From: Spirochaetia bacterium
Lineage (GTDB): Bacteria; Spirochaetota; Spirochaetia; SP-2023
Assembly: GCA_965225855.1 (NCBI GenBank)
Contig: CBDDCK010000005.1
Span: 1,184,001-1,248,000, forward strand
DNA length: 64,000 nucleotides
Direction of reading: 5' to 3'
This document shows positions 47,932 to 57,808 of this stretch, one piece after another (position 1 is the stretch's first letter; each line of letters starts with the position of its first letter). The position numbers were made by a program, and so were the translations under genes. The notes below the pieces were generated by a model. That model did not search any database. It saw nothing but the letters and a program-made list of their open reading frames with translations, and was not told the origin of the DNA.

Positions 47932-49884
47932 ATGAATAAGCACAAACTATTTTTATTGCCTGTAGCACTGCTACTGGCCTTTATGGCCTTGGCCTGCGCC
48001 CCACCCGATGACGATGATGGGCCATCTTCTGGGCCGACTATCAATAACGCCATCTACGACTTTGCTACGGCACTGTTAACCGTACAAGGCACTAACTTAA
48101 GTCCTACAGAAGCGCAAATCCAAACCATCGTGGTAGATGGCCTAGCCTTCAGTTCCTATTCTGCAGATGCTAAACCCACTGGGCCAGATAGTAGCGGTCT
48201 TGCAGAAGGTAAGTACCGCCTGAAAACCGATGGCACAGAGCTTTGGCTTAGACTTACCGATGACGATAAAACTACTCTTGAGTCCAAGGTGGGTAGCAAT
48301 GGTCTAAAAAAAGGGTTGCTTACTAGCACTGGTAGTTGGGCGGGTTTAGATACAGCCAAAGACTTAACCTATATACCCGATAAGCCATCTAAGCAAGCCG
48401 AACAAACCGAACAAGCTGAAGAAGAGTCGCCTAAGCAAGCTGAACAAGCCGAACAGCAGTCGCCTAAGCAAGCTGAACAAGCCGAACAGCAGTCGCCTAA
48501 GCAAGCTGAACAAGCCGAACAGCAGTCGCCTAAGCAAGCTGAACAAGCCGAACAGCAGTCGCCTAAGCAAGCTGAACAAGCCGAACAGCAGTCGCCTAAG
48601 CAAGCCGAACAAACCGAACAAACCGAACAAGCTGAACAAGCCGAACAAGCCGAACAAGAGTCGCCTAAGCAAGCCGAACAAACCGAACAAACCGAACAAG
48701 CTGAACAAGCCGAACAAGAGTCGCCTAAGCAAGCCGAACAAACCGAACAAACCGAACAAGCTGAACAAGCCGAACAAGCCGCAATTACCGGTGCAAGCTA
48801 CCATGTTGGCACGGCGCTGTTAACTGTACAAGGTTCTAACTTAAGTCCTACAACTGCGACCCAAGCCCAAATCCAAACTATCAGGGTAGCTGGCTTAGCC
48901 TTCAGTGCCTATAATGCAGATGGCACAGCCACTGGGGCAGATAGTCGTGGTCTTGCAAAAGGTAAGTACCGTATTAAAAGCGATGGCACAGCGATTTGGC
49001 TTTACCTTACCGATGACGATAAAGATGCTCTGAATGGCAAGACAGGTATGGATAGCAATGGTCTAAAAGATGGGTTGCTTACTAGCTCTGGTACTTGGGC
49101 GGGTTTAGATACAGCCAAAGCCTTGGCCGTTAGTGGAAACCCCGCAATTACCCGTGCAAGCTACAATTTTGCTACAGGTGTGTTAGTGATTACAGGTGTC
49201 AATTTACCAAAAGCAGTTGCAGGCTGGGACTTCACCAAATTGAGGTTTGTTGCAGGTAATGGTGAGAAGAGTCAACCATTAACACGGCACAGCCCAAAAA
49301 GAACTGACCACTTCGCCAAAGGTTCTAATGCAAGTGTAACAAGCTTAACGATTACTTTAAATGGTAGTCAAAAAGCCAAAGCCGATAATATATTGGTTAA
49401 GAATGGTGATAGTGATGATAATGGTGGATACAACCTGGAAGCAGCAGCAGGATTTGCAGGTGGTAGGGCTGAAGACACAAGCAATAACCCTATTACCGTT
49501 AGTGGGTATGTAGTCACAATCAGAGATGCATTCTACTCTGCTAATAAAGGCCGGTTAATTATTTCTGGCAATAATTTACCGACAACAGTTGAAGGCTGGG
49601 ACTTTACCAAATTGACGCTTGTATCCGGTGATGGTAGTAATAGCTACACATTACCACGGCACGCAACTGCAGGTGCAAACACAGCCACAGGTTCTAATGC
49701 AAGTAAAAACGTCTTATTTATTATTTTAAGCGGTACTGTAAAAGCCAAAGCCGATGCTATACTGGTTAAGAATGGTAAAAGTGATAATGCTGGTGCATAC
49801 AACCTTAAAGCAGCAGCAGGATTTGCAACGGGTAGCGAAGCAGACCCAACCAATGCTATTGAAGTTGCAGGAGTTGTTGAGTAG
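47932..49884 (+). CDS. Adhesin-like surface lipoprotein with four beta-rich repeat domains (paralog B)
   Basis: RBS GGAGG and ATG at 47932; lipobox MALAC; long near-identical blocks shared with 29688..31406; expanded QAE/SPK linker. Confidence 0.87.
   Translation: MNKHKLFLLPVALLLAFMALACAPPDDDDGPSSGPTINNAIYDFATALLTVQGTNLSPTEAQIQTIVVDGLAFSSYSADAKPTGPDSSGLAEGKYRLKTDGTELWLRLTDDDKTTLESKVGSNGLKKGLLTSTGSWAGLDTAKDLTYIPDKPSKQAEQTEQAEEESPKQAEQAEQQSPKQAEQAEQQSPKQAEQAEQQSPKQAEQAEQQSPKQAEQAEQQSPKQAEQTEQTEQAEQAEQAEQESPKQAEQTEQTEQAEQAEQESPKQAEQTEQTEQAEQAEQAAITGASYHVGTALLTVQGSNLSPTTATQAQIQTIRVAGLAFSAYNADGTATGADSRGLAKGKYRIKSDGTAIWLYLTDDDKDALNGKTGMDSNGLKDGLLTSSGTWAGLDTAKALAVSGNPAITRASYNFATGVLVITGVNLPKAVAGWDFTKLRFVAGNGEKSQPLTRHSPKRTDHFAKGSNASVTSLTITLNGSQKAKADNILVKNGDSDDNGGYNLEAAAGFAGGRAEDTSNNPITVSGYVVTIRDAFYSANKGRLIISGNNLPTTVEGWDFTKLTLVSGDGSNSYTLPRHATAGANTATGSNASKNVLFIILSGTVKAKADAILVKNGKSDNAGAYNLKAAAGFATGSEADPTNAIEVAGVVE
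48391..48780 (+). repeat. Coding VNTR: nested 9-bp (QAE/QTE) and 33-bp (SPKQAEQAEQQ x5) units
   Basis: CAAGCYGAA and CAAACCGAA monomers; TCGCCTAAGCAAGCTGAACAAGCCGAACAGCAG repeated 5 times. Confidence 0.93.
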
Positions 49885-49888
49885 GATG

Positions 49889-49929
49889 TTGTTTCAGCCT
49901 TGGTAAGTTTTTTATCAAGGCTGGAACAA
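49889..49929 (+). terminator. Hairpin after paralog B
   Basis: TTGTTTCAGCCTTGGTAA...TTATCAAGGCTGGAACAA. Confidence 0.55.
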
Positions 49930-50248
49930 CCAAGCTAAAAAGAACAAAAAGTTTGGAAGCCGAATTACAGGCTTTAGACGGCTAAGAGTTTAGATAGTTG
50001 TCCAGATTTGATAGTCTGGGTAACTTATCTAAAAAGTAAGTAAATTTGCACGCAAGTCGTTTCATTTTCGTGCACCGTTACACTTTCCATAAAAATATTA
50101 TCGAAGATTGAATATAGAAGGCCTTGATGTGGAAAATCTCCACTAAAAAATCATATTTTTCAGATAAATTTCTTGCCCTACTCTCTAAGCTTACTTATTA
50201 TACTTGGGCCTTGTGCAATAAGCATAACTATAGATAAGGAGCTTTCCT

Positions 50249-50521
50249 ATGAACAAAAAAGAACTCATTGACGATATGGCCAAAAGATCGGGCCTTTCAC
50301 GCGGAAACTGTGAAAAAGCTTTAAATGCATTCCAAAACTCTGTAATAACCGCCTTAGAAAAAGATGATAACGTAACTTTAGTTGGCTTTGGCACTTTTAA
50401 AGTTTCAGAGCGCGCTTCACGACTAGGGCGTAATCCCTCAACGGGAGAGGATTTGGTAATTCCTGCTCGCAAAGTGGCAAAGTTTATTATTGGTAAAACC
50501 CTGAAAGAAATTATCAAATAA
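50249..50521 (+). CDS. hup: HU family DNA-binding protein
   Basis: MNKKELI, VTLVGFGTF and R.GRNPSTGE..IPA motifs; AAGGAG RBS. Confidence 0.95.
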   Translation: MNKKELIDDMAKRSGLSRGNCEKALNAFQNSVITALEKDDNVTLVGFGTFKVSERASRLGRNPSTGEDLVIPARKVAKFIIGKTLKEIIK

Positions 50522-50622
50522 GAGCCCTGTAAAATTAGAGAAAATTTTTGGTGTATAAGCTTCGGCCAAGCTATGGATTTTCTCTAACAAAATCATAACC
50601 TGTAACATCGCAATTATCGCAA

Positions 50623-51810
50623 TTAAGGTAGTAATTGTTGGTATTCTACCAATTCGTTGCCGGGGTTTGGAAGGAACTTATGGTTTAACAAAACCCATTC
50701 AAACGGCGATATTTCTTGTTCTTTCCCTGTACCTTCATTTTGAGAGCGATGGCGTAGATACCAGGTGCTGGCAAAATAACCAATGCTGTCAAAATTCGCT
50801 AGCCCTTTTAATGGTTGCTCAATGTATAAAGCATCATAAGTTCTACCATTGCATTGTAGCTCCTGCTTATGCACCCGATTTGGCTGACTATAAAGCCAAG
50901 GGGTTTGATCACCTTTAGTCCATTTTCCATCTTGGTCAAAACCAAGATTGTACTCTTTAGCAATGGGAAACCGCCGAATTAAGATTGGGCCTTTCTTTTC
51001 TTTAAGCTCTATCATTACAGTAAAATTATCTTGAAAGCTTGCCTGCTTTTTGTGTAAGCGAGGGATTTTCAATTTTTGAAGCTGTAATTGGGGTACGGCT
51101 GCTTGCTTTGTACTTGATTTTATGCCTTGCTTAGCTAAGTGAATTTGCAAAATTTCAATTGTCACCATGTTCCCACTGCCGCCTGTATGGCTGGTAAATA
51201 ATAATTCCTTGCGCCCATCATGATTCAAATCAACAACAGTAAAAGAGAGATCATAACCACCACTGAACCCTTCAACAGAATAGAAATAGTGGCTTTGCCA
51301 ACCATTTGGCCCTTCTATCATCAACACAAAGCTGCGCATATAAATACTCTCTGGCACAAAAGTTTTAGCCAAGATAAAAAGATTCCAACCATCTATTTCT
51401 TGCATGGGAATAATCACTCGAAAGTTTTCATTTTGAAGATGTTCTTGCGATAATTGGTTAGTTGGCACTCCGTTATAAACCAATCCAGTTGCATTGTTGT
51501 AATAACCAGCAGGGTCATCTGCATTGACAGCGTTACGAACCGCTTCACTTGCAATTCTGTTGTAATTGGTAAATTGTATATTTTGAATTGCAAGAAGCTC
51601 AAGTTGGGAAAACTCACGGGTATTCTCCCAAGAATAATATGTTAATGTTTCGGGCTCTTGGAAGCTTATATCTTGGCTATTGCTTGCCAAACAAGAAGAA
51701 ATATCGGCTATGTTCTTGGTTTGGCAACCCCAATAAATAAACAATAACAACATAGACCATAAGAATAAAAAGCTCTGTTTGGCTTTATAGTCTTGTTTAT
51801 CGCATTTCAT
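50623..51810 (-). CDS. Hypothetical lipoprotein with an FG-GAP/VCBS-like motif
   Basis: Likely start MKCDKQ at 51810; hydrophobic stretch ending YWGC; DLNHDGRKEL..TGGSG. Confidence 0.75.
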   Translation of the reverse strand: MKCDKQDYKAKQSFLFLWSMLLLFIYWGCQTKNIADISSCLASNSQDISFQEPETLTYYSWENTREFSQLELLAIQNIQFTNYNRIASEAVRNAVNADDPAGYYNNATGLVYNGVPTNQLSQEHLQNENFRVIIPMQEIDGWNLFILAKTFVPESIYMRSFVLMIEGPNGWQSHYFYSVEGFSGGYDLSFTVVDLNHDGRKELLFTSHTGGSGNMVTIEILQIHLAKQGIKSSTKQAAVPQLQLQKLKIPRLHKKQASFQDNFTVMIELKEKKGPILIRRFPIAKEYNLGFDQDGKWTKGDQTPWLYSQPNRVHKQELQCNGRTYDALYIEQPLKGLANFDSIGYFASTWYLRHRSQNEGTGKEQEISPFEWVLLNHKFLPNPGNELVEYQQLLP

Positions 51811-52061
51811 GATAACCCCTTTGTAGTAGTAAGCTTGTATCAAATTCCTATTCATACTATAACTATAATATCCAATCCTTAGCTCCTTGTAAACAAATCG
51901 CTTCTCTTTATGCAGCGTTACTATAATTGCCAGCCATGTAGAATGAATATTTTGTGAACGATTTATATAAGTTCTACCTTGCAAACAAACCTATTTATGG
52001 CTACCATGTGCTCAATTGGAAAAACAAAAATGCAATAACAAATAATATAGGGGCAACTGCT

Positions 52062-52769
52062 TTGAGGAAATTAATTATTTTTATTGGCTTGATTGTGATA
52101 GCCGCTGCTTTAACTTGGTATGTTTCCACAAACAATATTATTAGTTTAGAAAGCATTAAAAACTTTGTAAATACTTACAAAACAGCGATAGACAACAACC
52201 TTGTTCTCTACTCTATTATATTTTTTGTAGTATATATATTAATGGTCTCTTTATCCATACCGGGTGCCGTGTTCTTTACTTTGTTAGGGGGTGCTTTATT
52301 TGGTGTGGTATGGGGCAGCGTATTGGTATCTTTTGCCAGTAGCCTAGGGGCAACCATCATATTTATCATTTCGCGCTATTTATTTTCGGACCTATTCCGC
52401 AATAAGTTCCCACAGTTTGCCGAATCAATGGATAGGCGCATTCAACAAGATGGGCCGGCCTATATATTGACGCTGCGCCTAATACCTACCATCCCATTTT
52501 TTGTTATTAATGTTGTCTCTGGCCTAACCGATATACCCATAATTAAATACTATATATACAGTCAAATCGGTATGCTGCCTGCAACTGTTTTGTATGTGAA
52601 TGCAGGCACCCAAATTAGCCAAATTCAAAACTTGCAAGATATTACAAGCCCCAAATTATTGTTATCATTGGCTATGTTGGGCCTATTGCCCATTGTAGTA
52701 AACCAAATATTCAAAATAATTTCCCGTAAAAGAAAAGCTGGTAGTCCAAATGCTCAAGACAAAGAATGA
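52062..52769 (+). CDS. TVP38/TMEM64 (DedA/VTT) family membrane protein
   Basis: SIPGA..TLLGGALFG, SSLGAT..F.ISRY, LRLIP.IPFF and SQIGMLP motifs; probable TTG start at 52062. Confidence 0.9.
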   Translation: MRKLIIFIGLIVIAAALTWYVSTNNIISLESIKNFVNTYKTAIDNNLVLYSIIFFVVYILMVSLSIPGAVFFTLLGGALFGVVWGSVLVSFASSLGATIIFIISRYLFSDLFRNKFPQFAESMDRRIQQDGPAYILTLRLIPTIPFFVINVVSGLTDIPIIKYYIYSQIGMLPATVLYVNAGTQISQIQNLQDITSPKLLLSLAMLGLLPIVVNQIFKIISRKRKAGSPNAQDKE

Positions 52770-54195
52770 TGCCAATGTAATTGTGATTGGAGCTGGCAGT
52801 GCCGGTTTGATCAGCAGCTACATTGCCGCAGCCATCAAAGCCAAAGTAATTTTAATTGAACAACACAAAATGGGCGGTGATTGCCTCAATACAGGCTGTG
52901 TGCCCTCAAAAGCATTGATCGCAGCAGCAAAAGTGGCGCATATCCACCGCAAATCGCCAATATATGGCGTGGAATACGCCCTGCCTAAAATTTGCCAATC
53001 TAATGTGTTTGAGCATATCCACAAAACTATTAAAACCATTGCGCCCAATGATAGTGCCCAAAGGTACCAAAGCCTTGGTGTTGATGTTGTATCGGGCTGT
53101 GCCCAAATCTTAGACAAAAATACAGTACAAGTGGGCGATAAAATTTTACGCGCTAAGAAAATAATTATTGCCAGTGGCGCAGCCCCATTCATTCCAGCTA
53201 TTGAAGGCATTGAAACAATAGAATATCTCACCTCGGAAAATCTGTGGAATTTAGCCGAGCTGCCTAATTCTATGGCCATATTGGGCGGAGGCCCTATTGG
53301 CTGTGAGTTGGCCCAGGCATTTGCCCGTCTGGGAGTTTCGGTTACCCTGCTAGAAAGGTCAAAGCACCTGCTCAACAAGGAAGACCAAAATGTCCAAATA
53401 ATTGTAGAAGAAAACCTTCGTAGTGAAGGTATCCATTTGGTTGGCAATGTGGCGGTAACAAAGGTAGAAAAGCTTGGTAGCCAGCAAAGCTGGCAAATCA
53501 AAATTACCTCTTCTGCAGGGGAATTTGTTGTGGATAAAATCCTTATTGCAACAGGGCGCAAACCAAACACCCAAGGTTTTGGCTTAGAGCAATTGCTATT
53601 AAAATACAAAGCAAACGGCGGCATCTGGGTCAATCAATATATGGAAACCAATATCAAAGGCATATACGCTATTGGAGATGTACTCGGCCCGCCATACCAG
53701 TTTACCCATATCGCAGAATATCAAGCTGGGTATGCGGCTATCAACGCTTTGTTTGGGCAGCTCAAAAAATCAAAAGCATTATATAAAGCAGTTCCAGCCG
53801 TTACATTTACCGACCCAGAAGTGGCCCGCGTTGGCCTCAATGAAAAACAAGCAGATAAAAACAATATTGCCTACGATGTGTCTATATTGCATTTTGATGA
53901 TTTAGATAGAGCGATTGCCGATCAAGATACCAAAGGCTTCCTCAAAGTTCTTACTCCCAAAGGCAAGGATAAAATCCTAGGAGCTACGATTGTTGCTAGC
54001 CGTGCTGGGGAAATGCTGGCTGAATTTACCTTAGCCATGGAACACGATATTGGCTTAAACAAAATTTTAGGGACTATTCACCCATACCCCAGCTATTCAA
54101 GCGCAGCAAAATTAGTTGCAGGAAGGTGGAAAAAAATGACAACACCGCAATGGGTTTTTCCTATTTTGGAAAAGTTCCATAATATTTCCCGATAA
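52750..54195 (+). CDS. Class I pyridine nucleotide-disulfide oxidoreductase (MerA/Lpd-like flavoprotein)
   Basis: IGAGSAG, GGDCLNTGCVPSK, GGGPIGCE, ATGRKPN, FTDPE and IHPYPS motifs; no C-terminal CC pair. Confidence 0.9.
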   Translation: MLKTKNDANVIVIGAGSAGLISSYIAAAIKAKVILIEQHKMGGDCLNTGCVPSKALIAAAKVAHIHRKSPIYGVEYALPKICQSNVFEHIHKTIKTIAPNDSAQRYQSLGVDVVSGCAQILDKNTVQVGDKILRAKKIIIASGAAPFIPAIEGIETIEYLTSENLWNLAELPNSMAILGGGPIGCELAQAFARLGVSVTLLERSKHLLNKEDQNVQIIVEENLRSEGIHLVGNVAVTKVEKLGSQQSWQIKITSSAGEFVVDKILIATGRKPNTQGFGLEQLLLKYKANGGIWVNQYMETNIKGIYAIGDVLGPPYQFTHIAEYQAGYAAINALFGQLKKSKALYKAVPAVTFTDPEVARVGLNEKQADKNNIAYDVSILHFDDLDRAIADQDTKGFLKVLTPKGKDKILGATIVASRAGEMLAEFTLAMEHDIGLNKILGTIHPYPSYSSAAKLVAGRWKKMTTPQWVFPILEKFHNISR

Positions 54196-54216
54196 AAAAT
54201 TTTGAATATTCTACTG

Positions 54217-55410
54217 ATGTTAGGCAAAAAAATCTTACCAGCAATTATTTTATTATTGCTTTCAAATACAGGGTTTATTCAAGCTCAAGACTGGGATACA
54301 GTAGTCCAAAATGCAAAAGGGCAAACGGTTTACTTTCACGCTTGGGGAGGCAACCAGTCCATCAATCAATATTTGCAGTGGGTTGGCAAACAGTTGCAAA
54401 TACGATACAAAGTGCAGCTAAAGCATGTCAAAATTACCGATACAGCGATTTCGGTGAATCGGATTTTGTCGGAAAAAAGAGCTGGGCTGTACTCAAACGG
54501 CAGTGTTGATGCTATTTGGGTGAACGGTGAAAATTTTAAAACTCTCAAAGAAAATGATTTATTGCATGATAATTTTATTTCCACCTTGCCCAATAATCAA
54601 TATCTGGATTATGAAAATAAGCCATTAACCAAAGATTTTACCCTAGATACCGATGGCAAAGAAGTCCCTTGGGGTACAGCCCAATTGGTATTTTTTTATG
54701 ACAGTGCAACCGTTGCCAATGCACCAAAGTCAGCACAAGAATTACTGGCATGGTCAAAAGCACATAAAGGGAAATTTACCTACCCCAAACCTCCTGAATT
54801 TCATGGAATCACGTTTGTAAAACAAATATTACTATCTTTGAATTACCATGACTTAGCTGTATTTCAAAAACCAGTAAAATCGGTTCTATATAAAAAATAT
54901 ACCCAGAAAGTATGGCAATATTTCGATCAGTTACACCCCAATTTATGGCGCAACGGCAAGGCATTTCCCAAAAACTCTGCAGCGTTAATATCTTTGCTAG
55001 ACCAAGGGATTATTGATATTGCCATCAGTTTCAACCCTTATGAAGCAGCCAACCAAGTTCTCAATGGCTTACTACCACCCACCATTCGCACATACACTTG
55101 GGATACAGGTAGCGTGGGCAATATACATTTTATTGCGATTCCCTTTAATACTTCCTCAAGTGCCGGTGCAAAAGTACTGGCCAATTTTTTAATTTCACCA
55201 GAAGCACAAGCACGCAAAGCAAACCCGAAATATTGGGGCGACCCTACTGTTTTAAACCAAGCAATTTTGCCACAAAAGGAATCTGCCCTATTTAACCAAC
55301 TAGAATATAGCCAAGTTGCACCTAAATTTTTACACAAAACCCTAGCCGAACCCGACCCCAGCTGGGTTGAGGTACTAGAGTTAGAGTGGCTACAACGATA
55401 TTCTCAATAA
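54217..55410 (+). CDS. ynjB: ABC transporter substrate-binding protein, YnjB-like
   Basis: GQTVYFHAWGG, WVNGENF, PWGTAQL, TYPKPP.F.G and WGDPTVL motifs. Confidence 0.85.
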   Translation: MLGKKILPAIILLLLSNTGFIQAQDWDTVVQNAKGQTVYFHAWGGNQSINQYLQWVGKQLQIRYKVQLKHVKITDTAISVNRILSEKRAGLYSNGSVDAIWVNGENFKTLKENDLLHDNFISTLPNNQYLDYENKPLTKDFTLDTDGKEVPWGTAQLVFFYDSATVANAPKSAQELLAWSKAHKGKFTYPKPPEFHGITFVKQILLSLNYHDLAVFQKPVKSVLYKKYTQKVWQYFDQLHPNLWRNGKAFPKNSAALISLLDQGIIDIAISFNPYEAANQVLNGLLPPTIRTYTWDTGSVGNIHFIAIPFNTSSSAGAKVLANFLISPEAQARKANPKYWGDPTVLNQAILPQKESALFNQLEYSQVAPKFLHKTLAEPDPSWVEVLELEWLQRYSQ

Positions 55411-55499
55411 TTGAGTCTCAATAAAAATTTTCAAAGCATTAAATGAATAAAAGCTTAGCTCGATAAATTTCTAGTATTTTTCCAAGCTCTCCTTAAACA

Positions 55500-57134
55500 A
55501 TGATCTACTTTTTGATTATCGCAATTCCTATTTTTTTGCCAGTGCTGATTGGTTTTTATTTAGCATTAGAACCTTTCTCTCAAAAAATCATTGTCAATAA
55601 CATTTTTGATGGGATTATCCAACAAGTCTTAGAATACCCTACTTTTTATCCTTCACTGCTAAACACCGTTTGTGTTGTGATTAGCTCTACCACATTGTTG
55701 TTTATCTTAACATTTTGCATTAATGCTTATGTATATAACTCTAAATTTTGGCGTTACCTAGAGCGAAATTTACCCATTCTCTTAGCGTGCCCACACGTAT
55801 CTATGGCCATTGGTTTTTCATTTTTGCTCTCCCCTTCTGGCTGGCTTGTGCGCTTATTCAATTTTGAGAGCCCCTTAAATTTCCAAACCATTAATGACCC
55901 TTATGGTTTGAGTTTAATCAGCTTTTTTGTAGTAAAAGAATTGCCATTTATGCTGTTTATGTCTATTATTCCACTAAATAGCCCAGAAGTGAAGCAAATG
56001 TACTTAACTTCTTTGACTATGGGATATAGCCATATTCGCACTTGGATATACGTTATTTACCCATATATCCGCACAAAATTGATGTTGCCACTGTTGATTG
56101 TCGCTGCCTATATTGCCGGCAATGTAGATGTTTCAGCTATCTTAGGTATGAATTTACCTCCGGTATTTAGTGTGGTGATGTTTGATTGGCTTTTAGATGC
56201 CAATACTACTTTTCATGGCTATGCTGGGTTTGGCTTTTTGGTTTTATTACTCAGCTTTTTGTTTTTATGGTTTAGTCTAGCACTACTGCAATATGGTATA
56301 AAATTATTGCGCAATCATCTAACTTGTTATTATTTCTATACAAAGAAAACAAAATACGATATGGTGATTACATGGATTGCCAGAATATCTCTTATCGCAG
56401 TTTTTATTATTAGCCTTTTTTCCCTACTATCCAATTTTGTTTGGTCATTCACAGGCCGCTGGAAATTCCCCCACAGCTTACCCACAAAATATACCTTGCG
56501 GATATGGCAAGATAACTGGGAACTAATTTTTGAGTCCATGCTAACTACCATTGCTATCGGTGGAATTGCCACCATGTTATCGTTGCTAACCATACTGATA
56601 TTGCTAGAAAGCATTGCTACATTGCCCCCACAAATCAAAAAAATAATAACGATACTGTTTCTTGTTTTATTATTGATGCCGCAAATCATGGTGTCCTACG
56701 GAATTTCTGCTTTATTTTTAAGAGCCAGAATCACCAATTATTTTTGTACAACACTATATGTTCATTGCTTGTATTCCATGGCTTATATGCATTTCATATT
56801 ACATCCTGCTTTTGAACAATACCCCAGTAACTACAGCCATGCTTCTTTGCTATTAGGGAAATCCCGCATAAAAACTTTTTTACAAATTAAAATGGGGCTT
56901 ATGGCCAAACCTTTAATTATTGCCAGTGTTATTGGCTTTAGCGTCAGTATCGCTCAATATATCCCTACTCTATTTTTAGGGAGTGGACGCATTACTACTT
57001 TGCCTATTGAAACAATCTCTGTATTTTATGGTTCTGACCGCAGGTTAATGGGTGCTTATGGTTTGCTACTCACCATTATCCCATGGTGTGCATTGATCAT
57101 TTCTTTATGGCTTGTCCATAAAAAAAGGAATTAG
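55500..57134 (+). CDS. ynjC: ABC transporter permease, YnjC-like
   Basis: PH...AIG..FL.SPSG, KELPF, W.FP..LP and FSVSIAQY.PTL..G.GR motifs. Confidence 0.8.
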   Translation: MIYFLIIAIPIFLPVLIGFYLALEPFSQKIIVNNIFDGIIQQVLEYPTFYPSLLNTVCVVISSTTLLFILTFCINAYVYNSKFWRYLERNLPILLACPHVSMAIGFSFLLSPSGWLVRLFNFESPLNFQTINDPYGLSLISFFVVKELPFMLFMSIIPLNSPEVKQMYLTSLTMGYSHIRTWIYVIYPYIRTKLMLPLLIVAAYIAGNVDVSAILGMNLPPVFSVVMFDWLLDANTTFHGYAGFGFLVLLLSFLFLWFSLALLQYGIKLLRNHLTCYYFYTKKTKYDMVITWIARISLIAVFIISLFSLLSNFVWSFTGRWKFPHSLPTKYTLRIWQDNWELIFESMLTTIAIGGIATMLSLLTILILLESIATLPPQIKKIITILFLVLLLMPQIMVSYGISALFLRARITNYFCTTLYVHCLYSMAYMHFILHPAFEQYPSNYSHASLLLGKSRIKTFLQIKMGLMAKPLIIASVIGFSVSIAQYIPTLFLGSGRITTLPIETISVFYGSDRRLMGAYGLLLTIIPWCALIISLWLVHKKRN

Positions 57135-57145
57135 AAGGAATTAGA

Positions 57146-57808
57146 TTGTTAGTTTTGGAAAACGTTACAATTGCTCATAATACAGCAAACCAACGATCGG
57201 TATTGCTCGATAATGTAACGATAGCCGTCCAGCCCAAAGAAATTTTTGTGATTATGGGTGAAAGCGGTATAGGCAAGACCACTTTATTAAATTATATAAC
57301 GGGCATACTCGATACAAAACAATTTACAGCACAAGGCCGCATCATATTAAATGGAATAGATATAACCAACTTTCCTATCAATAAACGCAATATCAGCATG
57401 GTATTCCAAGAGAATATGTTATTCCCTCACATGACGATAAAACAAAACTTGTATTTTGCCCTGCCCAATGGTCTATCGGCAGGCGAAAAAAAGCAACGCG
57501 TTGACAATGCCGTTGCTCGTGCCAAAATCACGGGGCTCGAACAATCTTACCCTGAGCAAATCTCAGGAGGCCAAAAATCTCGCGTTAGTGTACTCCGTTC
57601 ATTACTGGCAAATCCAAAATGTTTGTTATTAGATGAACCATTTTCCGCACTAGATTTGCAGTTGCGAGAAAGCTTCCGTCAATTTGTTTTTGAACAAATT
57701 GACAAAATCAATATCCCCGTAATTATTGTTACACACGATTATGATGATGTTCCCCCCGAGGCTAAGATTTTAAATATTTACCACAAGGAGCAAAGCAATG
57801 TTAGATAA
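57146..57808 (+). CDS. ynjD: ABC transporter ATP-binding protein, YnjD-like
   Basis: GESGIGKT, LFPHM, ISGGQKSR, LLDEPFS and VTHD motifs. Confidence 0.85.
   Translation: MLVLENVTIAHNTANQRSVLLDNVTIAVQPKEIFVIMGESGIGKTTLLNYITGILDTKQFTAQGRIILNGIDITNFPINKRNISMVFQENMLFPHMTIKQNLYFALPNGLSAGEKKQRVDNAVARAKITGLEQSYPEQISGGQKSRVSVLRSLLANPKCLLLDEPFSALDLQLRESFRQFVFEQIDKINIPVIIVTHDYDDVPPEAKILNIYHKEQSNVR

Noticed and set aside
48364..48804. Antisense ORF with LFGLFSLLRR repeats (also 30129..30344)
   Set aside because: It is the reverse complement of the QAE/SPK linker; the open frame is a by-product of the repeat.
52818..53633. 271-aa antisense ORF over the flavoprotein
   Set aside because: It is a shadow ORF opposite a well-conserved gene and has no motifs of its own.
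52750..54195. Mercuric reductase MerA or dihydrolipoamide dehydrogenase of a 2-oxoacid complex
   Set aside because: It lacks the C-terminal CC pair and mer genes, has no E1/E2 neighbours, and sits in a DedA/ynj context.
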